This document shows positions 17,878 to 28,038 of a DNA stretch of 64,000 nt, piece by piece. This DNA comes from a virus (Duplodnaviria > Caudoviricetes). The position numbers were made by a program, and so were the translations under genes. The notes under the pieces are model-generated. The model made no database searches. It saw only the letters and a list, made by a program, of their open reading frames with translations, and was not told the origin of the DNA. Numbering within the stretch: position 1 is the first letter of the stretch; each line of letters starts with the position of its first letter. The stretch is from the IMG/VR virus record IMGVR_UViG_3300028797_000108, positions 32,001 through 96,000 of that record; one strand, written 5' to 3'.

Positions 17878-20607
17878 ATGGCAAACAATACAGAATACAC
17901 ACGCTTTACGTATCAGCAACTTATTGACGATTTCCAGACTCGTCTTCGTGCTGATGAAAGATTTAGAAATTTGTCAGCAGCTTCCATCTACCAGATGTTC
18001 ATGGAAATGCTTACAGGTACCATGGATGAAACCAACTACTTCATGCAGCGCGTTGCAGAAGAAGGTTTTCTTGATACCGCACGTCTTGATTCGTCAATTA
18101 TCAAGCATGCAAAGAATTTGGGTTATTCACCAATTCGTCCAGTACCGGCTGAATGCGAAGTTGCTATTAAGATTAAGGGACCACTGCCTAAATCACTTCA
18201 GGCAGGTGCTACCGTATTCTTCACGCAAGAAGACGCTGACCTGACATTCAATAACTACCGTTATATGTTGTCAAGCGACTATTCATATACATTTGATGAA
18301 CAGGATATTCGTGACGGTCAGTCATCAACATGGTCTAAGACATTGATTTTCGCCAAGAACTCATCTAGCATGAAGTACTGGACACTTGGCGGCGTTAAGA
18401 TGTATAACTCTGCCGATGCTTATCCGATTAAGGCTTTCCAAGGTGAAATTGGAACACACGAAATTCGCGGTGCTTCAAACTTGAGAAAGCTTGGCAAGAA
18501 TTATCAGTACTATGACATCAACGATCTTGAATGGTCAAACTGGTATGGCCGTCGTGATCCTACTGCTTACAGCCGTGGCAAGTTCTACAAGATCTATGGT
18601 TTTACCAAGGTTGGTATTGGTAAGAACCAAGAAGAAGCATGGCGTGAAACGAGCCTCTACGATATTGAAGACTGTTCAATTTACCTCAATGAAGGTATTC
18701 AAGAATTTGAAGATTCGGATGAAAATGATCCGCTAAAGGTTTGCTGCATTACAACGAACCAGGACAAGACTGTTCGTTTGCAGTTCGGTGATGGCATCAT
18801 CTGTAATAACGGTTTGCTCCGTGCTGATGATAACATCTATATCCGCTACTTGAAGACTAAGGGTGCTGCTGCAAATACATTGGGCACAACAGGTTCAATG
18901 TTCAGCACAACAACACACTTCTATGCCTCACAGCCTTCTGGAATTATTGACATCACTCAGAACATTCAGTTCCTATTGAACTCTGACATCACCGGTGGCT
19001 CTGATTTTGAAACACAACAGAGCATCAAGAACAATGCACCGAAGTATTTCGCTGCAGCTGGACGCCTTGTCACTGAACAGGATTTCGTCAGCTGGTTTAA
19101 GGCTATGACTTCACCTGTCCGTGTTAAAAACGCCGGAGCATGGGGACAAGAAGAAATTGAAGAAATCTTTGAAGGTGGCACGACTACCTATAAGTACCTG
19201 CAGAACTGTATATGCTATGCTATTGCAGCAAGTACCTATAACATCAACGGTAAGATAAACAGCGTCAGAAATGTGCTTGATGAAGATGACAACTCATTCG
19301 GTGCATTCACCGTTTACGGTTCAGGCTCTGCATATCTTGACCACTTGACTGACTACTTGAAGATGCTCATGAGTTTCAACTCCTTCTATCAGAAGCAGTA
19401 TGAACGAAACCCATCAAAGCAGTGGTTGAAGAACATCAAGAAGATTCGTCAGAACATCGCACCGAAGATGATTATGAACAGCAAGGTATTCGCAATGCCT
19501 CCGTTTGTTCAGTACTACGATGTCGTTGGCACCGTTGAAATTGACCCGCTTGCTAAGATGAGCAATTACAAGCGTGAAGTTGAAAATGAGATTTATGAAT
19601 GGCTAGATGAACATACTTCATTTGGTTCGCCAATCTATAAGGCAGATATCCTGAAGTTCTTCGCTAACCGTAATGAGACAAAGGCTATTAACTTGGATAT
19701 AAAGGTCTCTGAACTGATTAAGGGACAGGAAAACGTTCTGTCTTACAACATCAGCAACAAGACCTATACCCAGATCTACTCTTTGAACAAGAACCTTCCT
19801 GGCTCACCGATTTACAATAACACAGGCAACAATGCTAACTACAATGTTATCACATTGCCGAAGACTGACTCAAATGGCAACCAGATTAACGCTGAAGCAT
19901 TGAGGAACAAGAACCTCAAGATTCGCTTGTATGCCTACAACAGCGCTGACCAGAAAACGGACTACAGAAACGAAGTCCAGTTCACGCCGTATGAAGTTGT
20001 TGAGTCAGGCGATAACGTCATCATCTCGATGTATGGTTATCAGCAGCGTTCAAAGTTTGATGTGATTAACCGTCAGACAATGATTTATTTGTATGTCACT
20101 TCAAAGGATGACTTTGCATCAACCACAAACTTCTCAACATCAAACGCTTCGTCTTATGGCTTGACACCTTCGCAGGTTGCCTCAATTCAGAACGACCTGA
20201 AGGAATGGATTCAGAATGCCACTGTCGTGTATGAAGCAGACCGTGCCATTGCTTTGCCATACTTCGTTGAGTCAATGGATGAAATCACTCGTCAAGAAAC
20301 GATTAAGCGTGTGGGTGCTATCCAGAACCAAATGGAAACTGAATTGACTGAAAAATCTTATTGGCAGTATATGGTGCCGAAGATCATCTCCAAGTACTAT
20401 TACTCTTCATACACTGATATGAACGAGGAAGATGTGGATGGTCAGCTCTGGACCCAAATCACAAATCTTGTGGTGGATATATATAAACTGATTAAGGTGA
20501 CCCTATGTGACTCCGTTCTTGACGATAACAACAACATCGTGAACTTCTCGATGACAAATGAATTGCCTGTTGTCCGTCTGAACATCACATATAAGTATAG
20601 GAGCTAA
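17878..20607 (+). CDS. gp6: baseplate wedge subunit, gp6-like
   Basis: EGFLDTARLDSSIIKHAKNLGYSP, LQFGDG, YLKTKGAAAN and GGSDFET..SIKNNAP...RLVTEQDF are gp6 motifs. Confidence 0.92.
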   Translation: MANNTEYTRFTYQQLIDDFQTRLRADERFRNLSAASIYQMFMEMLTGTMDETNYFMQRVAEEGFLDTARLDSSIIKHAKNLGYSPIRPVPAECEVAIKIKGPLPKSLQAGATVFFTQEDADLTFNNYRYMLSSDYSYTFDEQDIRDGQSSTWSKTLIFAKNSSSMKYWTLGGVKMYNSADAYPIKAFQGEIGTHEIRGASNLRKLGKNYQYYDINDLEWSNWYGRRDPTAYSRGKFYKIYGFTKVGIGKNQEEAWRETSLYDIEDCSIYLNEGIQEFEDSDENDPLKVCCITTNQDKTVRLQFGDGIICNNGLLRADDNIYIRYLKTKGAAANTLGTTGSMFSTTTHFYASQPSGIIDITQNIQFLLNSDITGGSDFETQQSIKNNAPKYFAAAGRLVTEQDFVSWFKAMTSPVRVKNAGAWGQEEIEEIFEGGTTTYKYLQNCICYAIAASTYNINGKINSVRNVLDEDDNSFGAFTVYGSGSAYLDHLTDYLKMLMSFNSFYQKQYERNPSKQWLKNIKKIRQNIAPKMIMNSKVFAMPPFVQYYDVVGTVEIDPLAKMSNYKREVENEIYEWLDEHTSFGSPIYKADILKFFANRNETKAINLDIKVSELIKGQENVLSYNISNKTYTQIYSLNKNLPGSPIYNNTGNNANYNVITLPKTDSNGNQINAEALRNKNLKIRLYAYNSADQKTDYRNEVQFTPYEVVESGDNVIISMYGYQQRSKFDVINRQTMIYLYVTSKDDFASTTNFSTSNASSYGLTPSQVASIQNDLKEWIQNATVVYEADRAIALPYFVESMDEITRQETIKRVGAIQNQMETELTEKSYWQYMVPKIISKYYYSSYTDMNEEDVDGQLWTQITNLVVDIYKLIKVTLCDSVLDDNNNIVNFSMTNELPVVRLNITYKYRS

Positions 20608-20610
20608 TTT

Positions 20611-21984
20611 ATGGCAATGTATGTTAAATCGGAGTATGATGGCTTCATCTGCACGGTGACAGTCACATCAGACACGATTGACGAAATAGACTTGACTGCG
20701 CCTGACTTCAGAATTGATGTTGTTGACCAATTCCATTCTGCTGACGCAGCTCAGCAAATTGCTGACTTGCTGGAAGTTAAGCACAGCTATGAAAGAACAA
20801 GAGATGCTCGCACCGACATCGTAGTTGAAGGTGCTGAGGCTCATGCTCTTTACCCTGATACATATACATTTGCCGAAGTATCAGGTTTCTATGATGAACA
20901 GATAGGGCGTTTGCATTATGCTACTGGCGAAGCGATAGATGAAATCAACACGATTGTGAAACAGCTATCGGACACAATGGACGAGGCTAACGTAAAGGTT
21001 GATGAATGTGAATACGGTGTCTCATCAGCAACACCGCCTCGCCCAGGTATTCAAACATACATATCTGAAATCAGCAAGCCTATGTTGTCAATCACATGTG
21101 ACGGCAGCCCTACATATGAAACCTCGGCTGTATCTGGCGCTGTTCACGGCGTCGTTAAGAGTGACGTTTTTGCGAATACCGATGATGAAACGCTTATCTT
21201 GAACGGTATGCAGTATTGGGTATCAAAGGATAAGAAGAGTTTGACATTCCGTTTCATTCCACAGCCAAACGCTGAATACAAGTTCCAGTCAGTGGTTGTG
21301 GTTTGTGCGCTGGACTATCAGAATATCGCTCGCTTTGAAGTTTGCTTGATGCCTCGCTTGCTTACAGGCGACATGGAGAAATACACAGGCACAGATCCTC
21401 TAGAGTTGAACCCGCCAACAGTTGACCCTGTTGTGCCTATTCATACTCGTGCCATTACAGGTAAGACTATTGAAGGCGAAACTTCATCATACGATGTTGA
21501 AGATGATTATCGCCCTGACTATGTGTTCAACGATCCTACGGTTGACGGTGACCACTTCTATGGCAACAACACACCACTGACAATGGCCAATGACCCAGCC
21601 AATCCACAGAAGGATCTTGACAAGACATTGATTACACCGCTTTACACAATCAAGTCAAGCGCATTCATTACTGAGGATATTGAAACATCTGGCTATCATT
21701 ATAACTGGGGTAAGTTCAAGTCAGAGATTTACGACATCGCTGCCTTGTCATCAATGCCTATTCCGTTTATGATTGGCACAACAAGTGCTCAGACAACAAC
21801 TGAAGATATCAAACCAACAGCAACAGCGGTTAAGCTAGTACCATCATACACAGGTCACCACTCAGCAGCCGAGCCGAATAACACAATCAATGTTAAGATG
21901 TATGAAATTACGCAGTTCATTGAAACAACTGCAAATGTGCCGACATTCTCTCAGAACCAAGTTAGAGTGACTGTCGCCATTTAA
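20611..21984 (+). CDS. hypothetical virion/baseplate protein
   Basis: 457-aa beta-rich ORF following gp6. Confidence 0.65.
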   Translation: MAMYVKSEYDGFICTVTVTSDTIDEIDLTAPDFRIDVVDQFHSADAAQQIADLLEVKHSYERTRDARTDIVVEGAEAHALYPDTYTFAEVSGFYDEQIGRLHYATGEAIDEINTIVKQLSDTMDEANVKVDECEYGVSSATPPRPGIQTYISEISKPMLSITCDGSPTYETSAVSGAVHGVVKSDVFANTDDETLILNGMQYWVSKDKKSLTFRFIPQPNAEYKFQSVVVVCALDYQNIARFEVCLMPRLLTGDMEKYTGTDPLELNPPTVDPVVPIHTRAITGKTIEGETSSYDVEDDYRPDYVFNDPTVDGDHFYGNNTPLTMANDPANPQKDLDKTLITPLYTIKSSAFITEDIETSGYHYNWGKFKSEIYDIAALSSMPIPFMIGTTSAQTTTEDIKPTATAVKLVPSYTGHHSAAEPNNTINVKMYEITQFIETTANVPTFSQNQVRVTVAI

Positions 21985-21992
21985 GGAGTATC

Positions 21993-22586
21993 ATGCCAGG
22001 ATTAACAACACAAATAAATGAATTCCATAAAAACAAGTTTGAGGTGCGTTTTTCCAATGTGCCTAATATGACTGGCTATAAGGGAATTGACATTCATGTG
22101 CTGAACAACTACCTAAAGGGAATTAACATTCCTGACTTGTCTATTCCTATGCTTTATTCAACCACTGGACAATATAGACAGTTGCATCCGAGCCCGATTG
22201 GTTCTCGTGACTTGCAGACTGTGACTATTGAGTTCAAGATTGATGAACATGCTTTTAACTATTGGCTGCTTGCATCTTGGCTGTATCACATGAGATACGG
22301 TCAGCCATGTGGCAAGAAGAGCTTGAAAGGTGAAGAACTACTTCGCTTTGACTGCATTGACGCTATTGAGGTTTGCTTCCTTGATAACGATGGGCGTGTG
22401 CTGTCAAAGATTCGCTTCAAGCACTGCATCATCAACAACCTAAGCACTATTGACCTCAAGTATAGTGCTGCTGAATTGGGAACGATGATTGCTACCTTTG
22501 AAGTGGAAGAATTGGAATTCGTTGTAGAACAAGGTGATGAAGGGGTCGAGAGACCGACTGATATGAAGGGCTCCGACATAAAGTAA
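21993..22586 (+). CDS. gp3: tail tube terminator / sheath stabiliser, gp3-like
   Basis: NKFEVRFSNVPN, INIPDLSI and IEFKIDEHAFNYWLLASWL fit the gp3 tube fold. Confidence 0.65.
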   Translation: MPGLTTQINEFHKNKFEVRFSNVPNMTGYKGIDIHVLNNYLKGINIPDLSIPMLYSTTGQYRQLHPSPIGSRDLQTVTIEFKIDEHAFNYWLLASWLYHMRYGQPCGKKSLKGEELLRFDCIDAIEVCFLDNDGRVLSKIRFKHCIINNLSTIDLKYSAAELGTMIATFEVEELEFVVEQGDEGVERPTDMKGSDIK

Positions 22587-22587
22587 A

Positions 22588-23301
22588 ATGTCTGTGATTT
22601 TATCAAACGAGAACCACTGCAAAATTTGCGGTGGTGTATTTAATGGGCTAAAGACGCTAGGCACGCATATCGTGTCAAAGCACGGCGTTGACATTCAAAC
22701 ATATTATGACAAGTGCTTAAAGAAGCCGGATGAAGGTCGCTGCGAACAGTGTGGCAACCCGACTTCATTCATTAACCTAACAGAAGGTTATAGCAGGTTC
22801 TGCTGTATTTCTTGTGCTAAGAAATGGCAAGAGTCGCATGCCGAAGAAACCACACTTGAATGTAAAGAGTGCGGTGCTAAGATATCTGGCCGTAGCTATA
22901 ATGCAGCCTCGTTAGCGTTCTCTCGCCATATCAAGCAAGAACATGACATGAACGCCCAGCAGTATTATGACAAGTTCATGAAGAAGGAAGGCGAAGGCGT
23001 TTGTCAAGTTTGCGGCAAGCCGACCAAATTCTTGAAGTTGTCAACCGGCTATCAGAACTGCTGCTCTCGTGAATGCCATTTGAAGATTGCTCGTGAATCG
23101 TCTGCAAAAGCACATGAAGAAATGCAGGCATATCGCGAAGAGCAAGTGCAGATTGTCAAGACAGAAGAAATGATACAAGAGGAATGGAAAAAGGAGATTG
23201 CTCGCCGCCTTGCTGAATTTGAAGGCGATAGGGAAACATCCTACCATGCCGAATCTGAAATCACAGGATCCTTTGGCGTTGAGACAACCTGGCTTTACTA
23301 A
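22588..23301 (+). CDS. tandem zinc-finger protein
   Basis: Two repeats of C2H2 finger + YYDK..KK..EG.CxxCG.PT.F..L..GY...CCxxC. Confidence 0.75.
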   Translation: MSVILSNENHCKICGGVFNGLKTLGTHIVSKHGVDIQTYYDKCLKKPDEGRCEQCGNPTSFINLTEGYSRFCCISCAKKWQESHAEETTLECKECGAKISGRSYNAASLAFSRHIKQEHDMNAQQYYDKFMKKEGEGVCQVCGKPTKFLKLSTGYQNCCSRECHLKIARESSAKAHEEMQAYREEQVQIVKTEEMIQEEWKKEIARRLAEFEGDRETSYHAESEITGSFGVETTWLY

Positions 23302-23322
23302 TAAATAATTTAGAGGTAAAGC

Positions 23323-25344
23323 GTGGATTTACAGAATTATTTTAATGCTCAGAAAGCTCAGCAGTCACTCGACCTGCAAGCGGACAGCAATGAAATTGCT
23401 CTCCTGGGTAATGACTTACTTGAACAAATCAAGGAAGCGTTCCTTGATAACTACAAGGTGTCTGTTGAAACAGCAGAGACACAAGAAGAATCCGCAAAGA
23501 GTTTGACATCCTTGACCGATGGCGTCAAGGAGCTTGTTAGCAACGAACAAGAAAACGCATCAAACCTAGAGGCTAGCCTTGCTAACCTTACTGATGCGAC
23601 AACAAAGAGCATGGCTTCAAACAAGTCAGAAGGCCTAGTGTCTCACTTGAAGAACACAGGCTCAATTTTGAAGCAGATGGCTAAACTTGCTGCAAAGGAA
23701 TATGTTCAAAATACCAAGTATGGTAAGCTATGGACAAACATCAGCAAGGAAATGAAAAAGCAAGGCGCTGCTAAGACAAAGGTTATTGAAGGCAAGAAGG
23801 GTGAAGAAGGCGGTGGAGGCGGAGGCGGTGATGTTCCGCCACTTGACAGCAAGTTAATTGCTGCTTCAATGGCTATGGCTGCATTCAAGGCATTGAACCC
23901 AGTCACAATGGTTATGACATTCTTAACGAAGGTCGTGCCAATGCTTATCGTGTTCGGCTTGTTGCTTTATGGATTTATTAAGGGCTACTTCAATACATCT
24001 GTTGAAGCGGCTATTGCCGGTGTAGTCGCATTCATAATTGCGGCTGCAGGTGCATACTTTGCATGGAAGATTGCGAAGGAAGCAGTCTATTTGGCATTCA
24101 AGTTCGCGATGATGATTGTTCAGACCGTCGCATCAGTTGCTGCTGACTGGGCAGAATTTGCGTTAGTCGCTGCTGCCGTCGCTGTTGTGGCTGCTGCATT
24201 CATACTTGTGTCAGTTGTGCTTATCGCAGCTGTATTGCTTATCGGCGTAATGATTGCCGTTGCATTGGCTGCTATCGTCGTTGCTTTGGCAAAGGCACTG
24301 CTTGAAGTGGTCAAGGTGATAGTGGACGGTATCGTCTATGCTATAAAGGCATTTGCTGAAATTGCTCCAATGCTAGGCAAGATCATCACTGACATGATGC
24401 ACACAGCAATAGAAGTTCTTACCGAAGCGATAACATTCATTCCTAAGGCAATTCTTTCATTGGTAGTTGGCGGTATTGACGCTATCATGGGTGCTATCAC
24501 TAGCATCGTGGATTCCATCGGAAATGTTGTGGCTACAGTGCTTAAGGCTATTGGTTCTGCGGCAGGTGGATTTATTAAGGGTCTGTTCGGATTCGGAAAG
24601 AAAGAAGAACCGAAGAAGGAAATTACTGAAGATGAATTGAAGGAACTTTCCATCAAGGCTCTAACTGCCAATTTTGAGGTTGGCGGTGTCTTTGCTACAC
24701 TTGTGGCTGAAGGATTTATTAAGGCTTTTGAAAATATCATTGAACCTGTTAAGACTGCAATGGAAACAGTGGCGACAAACTTTGACGCTGCTTACCAAGG
24801 TACCATGAGCAAGATTAGCAGCCTATTTACCGATGTTTCAAAGACGATTTCAAGTCAGACAAAATTGCTAATTGCTGGAATGTTAAATGACCTGAACGTC
24901 ATTACAGGGGCATATCTCTCAATCTTGTTCGGTATGCCGCTTGTGGGCTGGTTGATGGGACTCGTCGGAAGTAATTCATTCACGAAGGCTTTGGAACCAT
25001 TGGTTGAGAACAGCAGACAGATTGCGGCTCTTATCGCGGACGTTCTGCAGGCAGTTTCAATGAAACAGAATGGAATTGCGAAATCCACTGCAATTACGAA
25101 TACAGTTACCAATGCGGAAACATCCGTCATTGAAAGTGGAATTAACACAATCGTTCCTACAGACACTGAAGGTGTTAATGAAGAGACAACAACTCTTAAG
25201 GGAGTACCTTCTAACTTTGTCACTGCTCAAGCATTCAGCTTGCAGATGGCTGCAGTTCGTGCATCAATGAAGGATGTGGTTGACGCAATTTACAAGACGG
25301 CTCCTAAGGATTCAAAGGACAAAGGTTTATTCAGTTGGTGGTAA
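23323..25344 (+). CDS. tape measure-like protein with long hydrophobic segments
   Basis: Helical and Ala/Ile/Val-rich with extended hydrophobic stretches; in the tail module; GTG start with GAGG SD. Confidence 0.55.
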   Translation: MDLQNYFNAQKAQQSLDLQADSNEIALLGNDLLEQIKEAFLDNYKVSVETAETQEESAKSLTSLTDGVKELVSNEQENASNLEASLANLTDATTKSMASNKSEGLVSHLKNTGSILKQMAKLAAKEYVQNTKYGKLWTNISKEMKKQGAAKTKVIEGKKGEEGGGGGGGDVPPLDSKLIAASMAMAAFKALNPVTMVMTFLTKVVPMLIVFGLLLYGFIKGYFNTSVEAAIAGVVAFIIAAAGAYFAWKIAKEAVYLAFKFAMMIVQTVASVAADWAEFALVAAAVAVVAAAFILVSVVLIAAVLLIGVMIAVALAAIVVALAKALLEVVKVIVDGIVYAIKAFAEIAPMLGKIITDMMHTAIEVLTEAITFIPKAILSLVVGGIDAIMGAITSIVDSIGNVVATVLKAIGSAAGGFIKGLFGFGKKEEPKKEITEDELKELSIKALTANFEVGGVFATLVAEGFIKAFENIIEPVKTAMETVATNFDAAYQGTMSKISSLFTDVSKTISSQTKLLIAGMLNDLNVITGAYLSILFGMPLVGWLMGLVGSNSFTKALEPLVENSRQIAALIADVLQAVSMKQNGIAKSTAITNTVTNAETSVIESGINTIVPTDTEGVNEETTTLKGVPSNFVTAQAFSLQMAAVRASMKDVVDAIYKTAPKDSKDKGLFSWW

Positions 25345-25347
25345 TAG

Positions 25348-26241
25348 ATGTTAACGGTTAAGGCACCTCAAAGAAAAAACGATAAGTATGCTGCCCCAGT
25401 GCAGAACTCAACAGTTAGGCTAACCGTGTTTAACCCTAACTATGACAAGGACGGTGGGTTCTTGCCAATGTATACCTTTTCTTTCATTCCGCTTGAACCA
25501 ATTACATTCCAGATTTCAACAAGCTGGAAGGACGGTGCGGCTGCATCTGTTGCGGGTAAGATAAATGAACTGATGAGCAACAAGTTCGTCAGAATGGTAT
25601 CTGGACCTGAACTGTTCACTCCAGTCGCTACTGATGCATGGTCACAACAAGTGGTTGAAAAAGGCGAGCCAATTTCAATTAAGTTAAAATTCAGATCTTA
25701 CTACAATGAAACGGCTGATCCTACAGGCTTCCGTGCCTGTGATGCTTCTTATCACGATGTTATCAAGTTCTTTGCCTATGTCACTTCACCTTACAAGCAG
25801 TATACATTGAGCACCGCAACATTGGGTGTTGTGGCTAATGCTGCTAGAAGCGTGGCTAATACTGGCGAAGCAATAGGCACTGCTGTAAAGGGCAGACCTG
25901 ACGATACCAGCTTTGTTGGCGCTGCTGCAAAATATACGCTTGCAGCAGTTGGCGATGTCGCTGGACTTACATTGGAATCTGACGGCAACAAGACACAGCG
26001 CGGTGGCTTTACGGTTTTGGTGACTACTCGAAATTACGGTTGCTCAAACCTTGACTGGATTGTGAAAAGCGTAAGCATCTCACCAAGCCAGCAATTCGTC
26101 GCAGCGAAGGGTGAGTCAAACGAAAACATTGAAGAAGTTCCAATGCCTTTGTGGGTTGACTTTGATGTTGAACTTGAAACGAACATGTGTCCGTCAAACG
26201 CTCTTGTGAGCCGCTTCTTCTCAAAGAAAACGATTAAGTAA
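25348..26241 (+). CDS. baseplate tube-cap-like protein (gp48/gp54-type), paralog A
   Basis: SIKLKFR, WIVKSVSISPS and PLWVDFDVELET tube-fold strands; similar to the convergent ORF. Confidence 0.5.
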   Translation: MLTVKAPQRKNDKYAAPVQNSTVRLTVFNPNYDKDGGFLPMYTFSFIPLEPITFQISTSWKDGAAASVAGKINELMSNKFVRMVSGPELFTPVATDAWSQQVVEKGEPISIKLKFRSYYNETADPTGFRACDASYHDVIKFFAYVTSPYKQYTLSTATLGVVANAARSVANTGEAIGTAVKGRPDDTSFVGAAAKYTLAAVGDVAGLTLESDGNKTQRGGFTVLVTTRNYGCSNLDWIVKSVSISPSQQFVAAKGESNENIEEVPMPLWVDFDVELETNMCPSNALVSRFFSKKTIK

Positions 26242-27196
26242 ACAATTTCTGCCAAGTCGGACAGGAAGGAACCTGGTCCATTTCAACTTGGATATTGAAA
26301 TCATAATAGTAATGGTCTTTTGTGTCAATGTTCCATTCACGGGACGGCATGACTGACCATGACTTTACGACAACTGTAAATGATGTTCTGAAAATGAACG
26401 GATAAATTCTCAACCTGAAAATGTTAGCACCATAAAGCTTAGGCTTGTCAAGCTTGGCATCGGATGTGAGGCCAGGGTCAGCGTTTGTGCTCTGCATCGC
26501 GGAGTCCATGTTCTGCGCTGCAATGCGTGCCTGTTCTTTATCACGCTTTCCGCTGCCTTCATCTGACATACCTTCAACCACATTATTGACGTAGTCAGCG
26601 CCTTTATTTTCAGTCTGGATTTTCTTGACCTGTTCTGACATCGGCGTAAGATCTTTGTTATCGTCACCTTTTTCCTTGTCAGCAGGGTCACCTTCACGAA
26701 GTGCTTTGAACAAAGCAACAGCGCCATCAGCAGCTGCTGGGATATTGTTTAGAAGGTTTTCAACATTGACGCCGCAGTTGCTGTTCACAGGCGTTGTAAG
26801 TGACAAGAACTGCATCCATTCTCTAGCGGATCTTGTCTTGTATGGACCAACCTTTTGTCCGGTATAGCAACGGAACTTCAAATCAAACGATAGCTTTGAG
26901 CCAGACTTATATGTTCTTGAAGTCATCTGGTCGGCATTCACCATGTGCGTGCCGTTTTGGGCATTACCCTTTTGAGACAGAAATTCAAGGAATTCTGAAT
27001 TTGCCAACTTGCCAAGTTCATCACCTAAAGTCGCGGCCGGCGAGGCTTCCCATTCAGACGAGAAGCTCAATGACGGCAATTCTTGCATAACACCGTCCAT
27101 CTTAATGACGTCGCCGTTCACTACTGTTCTTAAAAGGAAGTAGTTATTTCCGTAGGCAAGCCACTTGCCGTTGTAATTTGAAATGTTATACTCCAT
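26234..27196 (-). CDS. baseplate tube-cap-like protein, paralog B
   Basis: SFDLKFR, VVKSWSVMPS and YDFNIQVEM; own AATAAATA box at 27203-27210 (-). Confidence 0.5.
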   Translation of the reverse strand: MEYNISNYNGKWLAYGNNYFLLRTVVNGDVIKMDGVMQELPSLSFSSEWEASPAATLGDELGKLANSEFLEFLSQKGNAQNGTHMVNADQMTSRTYKSGSKLSFDLKFRCYTGQKVGPYKTRSAREWMQFLSLTTPVNSNCGVNVENLLNNIPAAADGAVALFKALREGDPADKEKGDDNKDLTPMSEQVKKIQTENKGADYVNNVVEGMSDEGSGKRDKEQARIAAQNMDSAMQSTNADPGLTSDAKLDKPKLYGANIFRLRIYPFIFRTSFTVVVKSWSVMPSREWNIDTKDHYYYDFNIQVEMDQVPSCPTWQKLFT

Positions 27197-27202
27197 ACTT
27201 TA

Positions 27203-27225
27203 TATTTATTCCAACCGTATAAATA
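27203..27225. promoter_or_regulatory. back-to-back divergent late promoters
   Basis: TATTTATT (AATAAATA on -) at 27203-27210 and TATAAATA (+) at 27218-27225. Confidence 0.7.
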
Positions 27226-27240
27226 CAAAAAGAGATAGCT

Positions 27241-28038
27241 ATGTTAAATTATTCAGAAGTATTCAACATTCAAAAGACAACCCTGCCGGTTCAGCAAAAA
27301 GACCTTCAGGGCATTCTGTCTCAGAAATCGTTTATGGGCTATGTTCAGTGCCCATATTCTCGTTTAGTAGATACCCTAAAGGAAATCTGTGAGGCTGAAC
27401 AATACGAAATTACGGTTAACCCTGAAGAACTTTATTCACAGGGCAATAACCCGTTCCACCACGCTGACTGCCTAATTCAAGTTGAAGGACTTCGCTCCTT
27501 TGATGAATTTACAGCGAAGGTCGTGTCAAATGAAGACACGAAAGAATGGACTGACTTCGTCACTTATTCCGAAACATTCAAGGACGAAATCAAGCAGCTG
27601 AAAATGACGGTCATTCAAAAGTACTTGTGGAACGCTCAAAACATTTCAAATTGGTTCAATGACAATGCCTTTGCTCTACCTGCTGGAAAGAAGCAGGAGT
27701 TGACGACAGATTGGGAATCATTCAAAAAGAATGTGCTTCTGACTAGCGACCTTTATTCATTCATTGATTCTTGCGATGAAGGCGAACTGCAGAAGGCTGC
27801 ATCTGTGCTTCGTGCCAACTTGGTGAAGAAGCTCCAGAAGTATCGTCCAGAACTCGACCGACATGTTGCGAACAACACGAAGCGTGAGACGAAGATCATC
27901 GTCAAGAACCCTGTCATCAACCGTATATTCATTGTTTCAAATTATGCTAAGCAATGTGAAAAGGACTGGCCGAAGATTAACTTCACATCGCTTGACCGTC
28001 GCAGCTTTGAAACGCTTAGCTTGTGGAACGAGGCGTAA
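27241..28038 (+). CDS. hypothetical protein
   Basis: 265-aa ORF after a late promoter. Confidence 0.7.
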   Translation: MLNYSEVFNIQKTTLPVQQKDLQGILSQKSFMGYVQCPYSRLVDTLKEICEAEQYEITVNPEELYSQGNNPFHHADCLIQVEGLRSFDEFTAKVVSNEDTKEWTDFVTYSETFKDEIKQLKMTVIQKYLWNAQNISNWFNDNAFALPAGKKQELTTDWESFKKNVLLTSDLYSFIDSCDEGELQKAASVLRANLVKKLQKYRPELDRHVANNTKRETKIIVKNPVINRIFIVSNYAKQCEKDWPKINFTSLDRRSFETLSLWNEA

